From assembly GCA_965277775.1 (NCBI GenBank), contig OZ255843.1:1209641-1273640 (forward strand): 64,000 nt of DNA, given 5' to 3'. Below the pieces are notes generated by a model. It saw nothing but the letters and a program-made list of their open reading frames with translations, made no database searches and was not told where the DNA came from. Below are positions 39,481 through 47,546 of this stretch, piece by piece. The translations under genes and the position numbers were made by a program. Within the stretch, counting starts at the first letter, position 1. Each line of letters opens with the position of its first letter. The DNA comes from Gammaproteobacteria bacterium. GTDB lineage: Bacteria > Pseudomonadota > Gammaproteobacteria > CAKMZV01.

Positions 39481-39664
39481 TAAAAATCCTGTTCCTGAGT
39501 GTGCATCGCTAACATAGTCTTATTATACTAGAACCATCCGCTATTTCTTCAAAGGCGCTCTATTCTTCATCGCGGCGAAGCGGTGCTGAAATGAAAGGAG
39601 CAGAGCGCGTCAAGATAGATGTATTTTTAACTTTTACCAATAGGGTAAAAACGAAAAAAATATT

Positions 39665-40114
39665 TTAGAAAATGGGTTCAACCTTAATGGCTATTTGTGT
39701 GGTCGGTTCAGTCATCACAATCTCGGCGTCTTCGTATTCGGGTGGACCAAAGGATGGACGGACGTTATTGGAAGAACCAATGGGTTCGCTAGGGATGCCA
39801 ATGAAATTCGTGTCCATTTCATCATCATTATCAACGTCATGATGCACAGAAACCGCAATCGATGGACGATCAATATTTTCAAAAGTCACTTCCATCGTCT
39901 TGCCTGTTACAGCGACTTCTTTTTTGACGAAGGCCTGCTCGTCTTCACCAGGGAAACCCTCTGCTTTGTCAAAAAGGGAGATCCGTAACTTGCCTTCAAT
40001 GGGGTCAAGATTGGTCAAAGTAATGACGAGATCTGCCGCCGTGACCTGTGATGAAATACCAAGCAACAGCGCAATACAGGCAATGCGTTTGAGGGTTTGA
40101 ATAAAAGATTTCAT
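39665..40114 (-). CDS. secreted DUF2141-like protein
   Basis: 149 aa with signal peptide; LVITLTNLDPIEGKLRISLFD beta-sandwich pattern of DUF2141; acidic C-terminus. Confidence 0.45.
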   Translation of the reverse strand: MKSFIQTLKRIACIALLLGISSQVTAADLVITLTNLDPIEGKLRISLFDKAEGFPGEDEQAFVKKEVAVTGKTMEVTFENIDRPSIAVSVHHDVDNDDEMDTNFIGIPSEPIGSSNNVRPSFGPPEYEDAEIVMTEPTTQIAIKVEPIF

Positions 40115-40257
40115 AGGCTGAATATTATAACGAGTTTGGGTGTTTCAACTTTGACAAAAACCGCAGAAATCGTTATGAATACATCTTGATTAAAAGAGAG
40201 TCTAATTGTTAGTACGATGATCGTGCAATTGAATCAGAACGGTCACAGTTATGGAAT

Positions 40258-41544
40258 CTAAATATTAACTTTTAGAGTGCTTTCGTTGTAGGATTCGGCT
40301 TGTTCTTTGATGGTGTTTTTTATCTCTTCTAATTCTCCTTCAACCCATTCGTAGTCACCGTTAAAATTTTTGTGAATGTGCTTTTCAATTGCTTTAAAGT
40401 GGGGTGTTTGCAGTTGATATTCTAATTCGTAGGCACGGTATGGGTCAGATGTTTGGTAACTGTTTAAGCGCCGCTTGACGTCCTTGGCTATACCGACCTT
40501 GTACATTCCTTCCCAGCTGCTATTGGCAATGACATAGACGAATCCCTGTCCAAATGCATCAATGCCATCCTCTGTGAGCTTTGGAACCTGAGTGCTGAAG
40601 TGCGGCTCTGGTCTGAACATATCCGCAGGAACTTCGTTGTCCAAGCGATTTTTAACGAGTTCATATGCTTTATGCGATATGTCAATGCCTACCCATTGTC
40701 GATCTAATTTTTCGGCAGCAATACAAGTGGTGGCACAGCCACAAAAAGGGTCGAGTACCACATCACCTGCGTTGCTGCTGGCTTGGATGATACGCTCTAA
40801 TAAGGCCAGTGGTTTTTGGGTAGGGTAGCCTGTACTCTCTCGGGAATTACCTTTTAATGGAGGAATATAAATCCAACTTTCTGGAAATTTGCCATTATCG
40901 TTGAGCTCAACAACACCTTCTGCAACTTTAGAAGCTTTAGCAGAATATCCCTGTCTGTTAAGGCTTGAGCTGGCGTATGGTTGACGAATGCTCTCTGGGT
41001 TAAATGTCCATGTGTTACCTTTTGAATACCAAAAAATAATGTCATGCACCCGTGATAACTGTTTTTGATTCGGGGCAGATGGTCTGCTATAACACCACAC
41101 CACTTCATTTCTAAAATTTTTCTCACCGAAAATGCAGTCCAGAACAATTTTCAGGTAATGGCTCATGGTTGGATCGCAGTGCAGATATAAGCTACCCGTA
41201 TCCTTTAACAATCGGTGGCATTCAATCAAACGTATAGCCATGTAAACCAAATAGCAATAATTGTACTTATTGCTAAAGGATTTGACGCCTTTTAAGTAAT
41301 CGTGCAGCTCTGGAGACTCAAAACGGATGCTGTCCACCCATTCGTCTTTTACATCCTCTTCTCTGAAAATATCTGAAAATTCAGCCCCTTCTGCACTAGT
41401 GCCAATAGGTGCGGAAAAGATTTTCTTTGTATTAAAAGGGGGATCAAGATAAATCAGATCAACGCAAGCACTATTGATACCCTGCAAAATTTCCAGATTA
41501 TCATGACAAAAGATGGTGCGCGGTTCTACATTGAGGTTGTTCAT
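40258..41544 (-). CDS. beta-class N6-adenine/N4-cytosine DNA methyltransferase fused to C-terminal T5orf172 (GIY-YIG-like) domain
   Basis: Motif IV DPPF (LIYLDPPFNT) near N-terminus, motif I later (VVLDPFCGCATTCIAAEKL): circular permutation of beta-class amino-MTases. C-terminal ~100 aa GFVYVIANSSWEGMYKVGIAKDVKRRLNSYQT...EWVEGELEE matches T5orf172/Mug113 GIY-YIG-like module. Confidence 0.85.
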   Translation of the reverse strand: MNNLNVEPRTIFCHDNLEILQGINSACVDLIYLDPPFNTKKIFSAPIGTSAEGAEFSDIFREEDVKDEWVDSIRFESPELHDYLKGVKSFSNKYNYCYLVYMAIRLIECHRLLKDTGSLYLHCDPTMSHYLKIVLDCIFGEKNFRNEVVWCYSRPSAPNQKQLSRVHDIIFWYSKGNTWTFNPESIRQPYASSSLNRQGYSAKASKVAEGVVELNDNGKFPESWIYIPPLKGNSRESTGYPTQKPLALLERIIQASSNAGDVVLDPFCGCATTCIAAEKLDRQWVGIDISHKAYELVKNRLDNEVPADMFRPEPHFSTQVPKLTEDGIDAFGQGFVYVIANSSWEGMYKVGIAKDVKRRLNSYQTSDPYRAYELEYQLQTPHFKAIEKHIHKNFNGDYEWVEGELEEIKNTIKEQAESYNESTLKVNI

Positions 41545-41807
41545 AGGCTTTTTTCCTATTTAGGGTCTTGCCAAATTGACTGATTTGAGACACACGAAGC
41601 AAGTGATACATTGTACCGAAGATAGGGGTATTTTGGATTTATTTCTGAAGATTGTGGGCCATGGATTAATAAGAACACACTAATACAATTTGGAATTCTG
41701 GCGAATGCAGGCACAACACTGATTAGGGCTATTTCTTAACAAAGTCGCAGTTTGAATCGCTCAGCTTGTATAATTTTATTAACACAAATCATTAACGGAG
41801 CACAGTT

Positions 41808-42242
41808 ATGGCAACAATTTTTCATCGATTAGCAATCAAAGCCAGCCCAGAGTCAACCTACAAAGCATTAACTCAAGCAGAAGGGCTGAGTCAATGGTGG
41901 GCGCGTTCAACGGGCGCTTCAGAGGTGGGTAATACCCTGTCGTTCTTTTTTGGACCGAACGGGGAATTTGAACTCAATATGGCGGTTGAGGCCTTAGAAG
42001 AGAACCAAAAAGTGGTTTGGCGTTGCACCAACGGTCCTTGGGCTGAAATGGGTCAATTTACTTTTCGCATTGAAGCGCATGAAGGCGGCACAATGCTGGC
42101 TTTTTCACACGAAGGCTGGCCAGAGCAAAACGATTTTTATGGTCACTGTAATAGCAAATGGGGCTATTTCTTAGTCACCAGTTTGAAAAACCTCTTAGAG
42201 AATGGCCAAGGGCAGCCACATCCAGCTGACCCCGATATTTAA
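41808..42242 (+). CDS. SRPBCC / AHSA1-like (activator of Hsp90 ATPase homologue) domain protein
   Basis: 144 aa; N-terminal ...SPESTYKALT...LSQWW motif typical of AHSA1/SRPBCC; stop overlaps ggt stop (convergent). Confidence 0.6.
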   Translation: MATIFHRLAIKASPESTYKALTQAEGLSQWWARSTGASEVGNTLSFFFGPNGEFELNMAVEALEENQKVVWRCTNGPWAEMGQFTFRIEAHEGGTMLAFSHEGWPEQNDFYGHCNSKWGYFLVTSLKNLLENGQGQPHPADPDI

Positions 42243-43924
42243 TTATTATTCGCTTTTCGGCGCACCCAAGAGGTGCCAATGCCTCTGGAATCACTGGCCG
42301 CTTCAACGGTGCCATCTTTGTAGTGCACAATGGCTTGCATGTTGCCCCAAGTGCGATCTTGTTGTTTGATGTTATGCCCCATGGCTTGTAAATCTTTAAT
42401 CGTTTCTTCAGAAAGGGTATTGGGCTCTAAGGCAACCATATCAGGCAAAAACTGATGGTGCAGTCGGCGACGATTGACGATTTCCACAGCCGAACCACCG
42501 TCCATGGCTGTCAACAATCCTTGCAGGACCATGGTAATGATTCGACTGCCGCCTGGGGTGCCCAGAATGACGGTTCGATCGGGTTGTTCTAATATGGTTG
42601 GGCTCATAGAAGACAACATGCGTTTTCCAGGTTTAATGGCATTGGCTGTGCCACCGACCAAGCCATAGACATTGGGCTCACCCGCTTTGGCGACGAAGTC
42701 ATCCATTTCATCATTTAATAGAATCCCCGTATTGCCCGCAACAAAGCAGCTGCCGAAAGGATAATTGACCGACAAAGTCGCGGCCACGCTGTTGCCGTGC
42801 TTGTCTGTGATGGAAAAATGGGTGGTATGATTGCCCCCTCTTGGGTCTATATTAGCGCTGAACCAAGCGCTTTTGGAGGCTTTCTCGGGGTGGATGCTGG
42901 CAACCAAACCAGCCGCATAGGTTTTGCTGATCAGCTGTTCAATGGGAATGTCAACAAAGTCGCTGTCGCCAAGATAAATGGCGCGATCGCGATAAGCACG
43001 ACGCATGGATTCAATCAGCGCATGGGTTTGTTTGACATCTTGCTTTAACGCTGGGTTTGATGAATGGGCCATCTGCTCCAATTGGTTTAAAATCTGAGCA
43101 ATGGCAATGCCTCCCGAAGAAGGCGGTGGCGCAGAAATTAAGCGGGCATTTTTGAACTTGATATCGATGGGCTCGCGCTCAATGACCTCGTAGTCGAGCA
43201 AATCTTGGTGTTGCCAAATGCCACCGTTCTGTTGCACTGCTTGAATCATGGCGTCAGCAACCGCGCCTTTATAGAATCCATCCGCCCCTTTGTCAGCCAT
43301 TTGTTTGAGCGTCTTTGCTAAATCAGGCTGTACGATTAAGTCGCCAATTTTAGGCAATTCGTTTTGGATTAAAAATGCCTTTGCGCTGTTCGGGTATTTT
43401 TGTAATACGGGCAGGCGCCATTTGGCCAGACGATGGTAAACGCCATCCACTCGAAAACCGTTCTCGGCAATGGCAATGGCAGATTGCAGGTTTTGAGCCA
43501 TGGATTGTTTGCCATAGCGGGTGGACAAATGCTCTAAGGCGGCGGGAATGCCTGGAATACCCGCCGATAAGGGACCGTCAATTGACAAGTTGGGAATCAC
43601 GTTTTTATCGGAATCAAGGTACATGTCTCGATGCGCTTTTAGTGGCGCCTTTTCACGCGCATCCAAGAATACGTAGCGGTTTTCGCTGGAAATATACAGA
43701 AGGTAAAATCCACCACCGCCCAGACCTGAGGAGTAAGGCTCTGCAACGGCCAAAGCCGCTGTTATGGCCACCGCCGCATCAAAGGCATTGCCGCCTTGAT
43801 CAAACACCTCAACGCCCGCTTGGGTGGCAAGTGGATGGGCGGTTGCTATCGCTTCGGCATAGACTTTTGGTGTCAATGCGAGCACAACGATCATCAAATA
43901 TAAACGCAGCTGTTTCTGTATCAT
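42239..43924 (-). CDS. ggt: gamma-glutamyltranspeptidase (periplasmic)
   Basis: 561 aa; signal peptide; autoprocessing/catalytic Thr in GGNHTTHFSI; GG..G..GGSRII motif. Confidence 0.92.
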   Translation of the reverse strand: MIQKQLRLYLMIVVLALTPKVYAEAIATAHPLATQAGVEVFDQGGNAFDAAVAITAALAVAEPYSSGLGGGGFYLLYISSENRYVFLDAREKAPLKAHRDMYLDSDKNVIPNLSIDGPLSAGIPGIPAALEHLSTRYGKQSMAQNLQSAIAIAENGFRVDGVYHRLAKWRLPVLQKYPNSAKAFLIQNELPKIGDLIVQPDLAKTLKQMADKGADGFYKGAVADAMIQAVQQNGGIWQHQDLLDYEVIEREPIDIKFKNARLISAPPPSSGGIAIAQILNQLEQMAHSSNPALKQDVKQTHALIESMRRAYRDRAIYLGDSDFVDIPIEQLISKTYAAGLVASIHPEKASKSAWFSANIDPRGGNHTTHFSITDKHGNSVAATLSVNYPFGSCFVAGNTGILLNDEMDDFVAKAGEPNVYGLVGGTANAIKPGKRMLSSMSPTILEQPDRTVILGTPGGSRIITMVLQGLLTAMDGGSAVEIVNRRRLHHQFLPDMVALEPNTLSEETIKDLQAMGHNIKQQDRTWGNMQAIVHYKDGTVEAASDSRGIGTSWVRRKANNN

Positions 43925-43926
43925 GG

Positions 43927-44283
43927 TTAAAATCCTTTTTGGTTTAAAAATTTTGAAAATTCGGTTTCTAATTGTTTGTAAGCGCGCAGTTGTGCTTTGC
44001 CATGTTCAGTCAAATGGGAACCGCCGCCGCCCACACCGCCTTTGGCACATTCAATCAGCGCCTTTGTTTGGTTGTGGTTGATTTGATTGACCAAATCCCA
44101 AGCGCGCTTATACGACATTTTGACGTGTTTGGCCGCCTGACTCAGCGACCCAAAAGCCTCAATGCTTTCCATCAACTCAATGCGACCCATACCAAGATAA
44201 TTACCCCCTTCTAACACCAGACTGATCTTAGCATAAATATCTTTTGAGTAAGCTTTTCCAGGAATGTGCTTGTCGTGTGGCAT
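43927..44283 (-). CDS. ModE N-terminal-domain-like winged-helix DNA-binding protein (no TOBE/Mop domain)
   Basis: LGMGRIELMESIEAFGSLSQAAKHVKMSYKRAWDLV...GGVGGGGSHLTEHG matches ModE/COG2005 HTH; start at internal Met (ORF-track 5' extension has no homology). Confidence 0.55.
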   Translation of the reverse strand: MPHDKHIPGKAYSKDIYAKISLVLEGGNYLGMGRIELMESIEAFGSLSQAAKHVKMSYKRAWDLVNQINHNQTKALIECAKGGVGGGGSHLTEHGKAQLRAYKQLETEFSKFLNQKGF

Positions 44284-44353
44284 GGAATAAGTATACCACC
44301 AGCCATAAAAGAATTGCAAAGTGATATACAAAGGGCCGTTTTGAAGGGCGTGA

Positions 44354-44749
44354 TCAAACGGTGGATTGGGTTTTTTTGAGTTGGGCTTTTTCCGCCATTT
44401 GAGATAGGCGTTCGGCAATGCGCTCGCGGTTGAGTTTGATCGCTTCGTCGTCAGGGCGCCAGTTATTCCAAAGCGCTGTCCGCTCAGTTTTATAGTGCAA
44501 TAGCGTTAAGGGGTCAAAATTGGGCTTGTAGTTTCGACGGCGCATCTCCTGATAGAGTTGCTGTTGGCGTTCATAGAGGTATTCGAGCTTGTCGTAAAAG
44601 AAAATGACGTGCCCTTTGCCAAGGGTATATTTAGGGGGGATGTTTGGATGCGCACGCGCCAATTTAAAAATACGCGGGAGCTCTCTATATTCCGCCACTA
44701 AGTGTTTGTTGTGTAATTCTTCAACGGTTATGCAGTTGATTCTAGTCAT
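44354..44749 (-). CDS. denV: pyrimidine-dimer DNA glycosylase / AP lyase (T4 endonuclease V, DenV family)
   Basis: 131 aa; [26 protein letters not shown] aligns position-for-position with T4 endo V N-terminus (catalytic Thr2 and Glu23 conserved); later [17 protein letters not shown] matches GHVTFFYDKLEFLRKRQ. Confidence 0.85.
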   Translation of the reverse strand: [131 protein letters not shown]

Positions 44750-44803
44750 GCAGTCATTTCCTCCGTCAATGCAGTGACTTTGCCATCAGTATAGTAGAAG
44801 GGA

Positions 44804-45007
44804 TTAGGCACCATTTGAAGGTTTCTTGTCATTATTGTCAAATCCAGGAAAATGCGATTTTAAATTATCAATGAGAGTTTCGTGATTACTTAGAATATTT
44901 GCAGGATTAGATTCTACGGTTTTCAGCATGATTGTCATAAGTTGTTCTTTTTGGCTTTCTGTGCCAAAATCATCAATGGCTCTCACAAAACCCTCATACA
45001 TGACCAT
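44804..45007 (-). CDS. small hypothetical protein (67 aa), AT-rich
   Basis: ORF only; co-directional with flanking denV and coiled-coil/TM genes; no recognisable motif. Confidence 0.3.
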   Translation of the reverse strand: MVMYEGFVRAIDDFGTESQKEQLMTIMLKTVESNPANILSNHETLIDNLKSHFPGFDNNDKKPSNGA

Positions 45008-45031
45008 GACTCTTTGTTTATGATTGTATGT

Positions 45032-45787
45032 TTAGCGTAGCTGGCTTTTTTGTGAAATGGACCTCTGTATGTACCATATTAACCAAATTAAAGGCGATCC
45101 AGTGAGCAGATTAAAAAATACAGATTTTACAGATACCCCCTCTTCCATATAGAAAGGATATGCAAACCAAAAAAACAACCCGATTGCAATTCCAATGAAA
45201 GCGAACCACAGCAAAGGAATGTATTCAATCTCATCCTGAGCGGCCTTATAACTGGATGCCAAGCCAGCCGATGTTGCCTCTGGCAATAAACCGTTGATTC
45301 TATTAAAAAGCTCTTCACGATTCTCTTCTATATGCTTAAATGTTTTTTCTTGAGTATCCTTTAATGTTGTAAATTGTTGCTCAAATCGGTTTGAGTTGAG
45401 TTCATTTTCATTGACAATATGTTTGGACTGCGCATCGATTTGAGTGGTTAGTGTATTCACAAATTCTTCAATTTTTTGTTTTTTGCTAGTCGTTTCCCCA
45501 TCGCTCCTTCCACTCTCTTGAAAAAGTTCATCATATAAATCAGTGATTGCAAGCTGATGTGCCTTAATAGTGTCTTTTGTAGAATTGATTCCTTTTTCGC
45601 TGTCTTCAATGCTTTTTTTCAAAACATCAATTTCATTAGACCACGATGTAGAGTTGTCATAACAAGACTTAATAGTTTCAGATTTTTTTTGAATATCATC
45701 AATAAGTTGTTTAGAATCTTTAAGTGTTTGATGAGTCTGTTTTATATATTCAACGAGCTCATTTTTTTTCATTTTTTTATAATCCAT
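45032..45787 (-). CDS. hypothetical coiled-coil protein with two C-terminal transmembrane helices, AT-rich
   Basis: 251 aa; ~190 aa Lys/Glu/Gln-rich helical region then LLWFAFIGIAIGLFFWFAYPFY and LLTGSPLIWLIWYIQ hydrophobic segments; markedly lower GC than neighbours. Confidence 0.5.
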   Translation of the reverse strand: MDYKKMKKNELVEYIKQTHQTLKDSKQLIDDIQKKSETIKSCYDNSTSWSNEIDVLKKSIEDSEKGINSTKDTIKAHQLAITDLYDELFQESGRSDGETTSKKQKIEEFVNTLTTQIDAQSKHIVNENELNSNRFEQQFTTLKDTQEKTFKHIEENREELFNRINGLLPEATSAGLASSYKAAQDEIEYIPLLWFAFIGIAIGLFFWFAYPFYMEEGVSVKSVFFNLLTGSPLIWLIWYIQRSISQKSQLR

Positions 45788-45965
45788 TTGGCTCTCCTTA
45801 TCTTTGGTGAATAAATCTTACACTAAGCTGTATTTTTACATATATTGCTGTTTCGTAAACTCTACAGTTGTTCAATTTTACTGTATGTATTGGTATTATT
45901 TTATGGGTTTGATTAGTGAGTGACTATGTTGAGATGCCTTTGGCATACCAGTGTGTAGGACGCAC

Positions 45966-45996
45966 CAAAAAAAACCCCGCAAAAGCAGGGTTTTTT
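45966..45996 (-). terminator. rho-independent (bidirectional-looking) terminator downstream of ilvC
   Basis: AAAAAAAAA-CCCCGC-AAAA-GCAGGG-TTTTTT: 6-bp GC-rich stem (one G.U) with 4-nt loop flanked by A-run and T-run. Confidence 0.7.
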
Positions 45997-46011
45997 CATT
46001 ATGACAATCAT

Positions 46012-47037
<1,026 letters not shown>

Positions 47038-47538
47038 CTAATTGATGTGAAGGGTTTTTTGACCACGCTGTATGCCTAAGATGCCAGAGCGGACGGTTTC
47101 TAAAATGATGGAGGTGTCAAGCGCCTGAATAAAAGCGTCTAATTTATCTGAAGTGCCTGCTAATTGAATGGTATAGACTTGATCGGACACATCAATGATG
47201 GCGCCCCTGAATATATCAGACAAGCGTTTGAGTTCTTCTTGCACTTTACTCGAGCTCGCTTTGACTTTGATGAGCATCAGCTCGCGTTCGATGTGGCGAC
47301 TTTGGATCAAATCAATGACTTTCACCACATCAACGAGTTTGTTCAGTTGTTTAACAATCTGTTCGACGGTGGCATCATTGCCCTCTGTCATCAGCGTGAG
47401 GCGCGATAGGGTTGGGTCTTCGGTGCGGGCGACGCAAAGTGATTCAATGTTGTAGCCGCGGGCAGAAAACAGTCCAACAAGACGGGATAATGCGCCTGGT
47501 TCGTTTTCTATGAGTACTGAAATTATGTGTGCTGACAT
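47038..47538 (-). CDS. ilvH: acetolactate synthase small (regulatory) subunit
   Basis: 166 aa; ACT domain HIISVLIENEPGALSRLVGLFSARGYNIESL. Confidence 0.9.
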   Translation of the reverse strand: MSAHIISVLIENEPGALSRLVGLFSARGYNIESLCVARTEDPTLSRLTLMTEGNDATVEQIVKQLNKLVDVVKVIDLIQSRHIERELMLIKVKASSSKVQEELKRLSDIFRGAIIDVSDQVYTIQLAGTSDKLDAFIQALDTSIILETVRSGILGIQRGQKTLHIN

Positions 47539-47546
47539 GAGATTTC

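Noticed and set aside
40258-41544. Classical type II restriction-modification system
   Set aside because: Only the methyltransferase is present. Flanking genes are a secreted DUF2141 protein and an SRPBCC protein, and no ORF of 60 aa or more on either strand nearby resembles an endonuclease. It is treated as an orphan or fusion methyltransferase instead.
43375-43947. 190-aa plus-strand ORF (and other long antisense ORFs such as 57610-58068, 50622-50903, 37703-38014)
   Set aside because: They are entirely antisense to strongly supported genes (ggt, ilvD, mutL, alaS), with Arg/Ser/Pro-biased composition typical of antisense frames and no start or RBS context.
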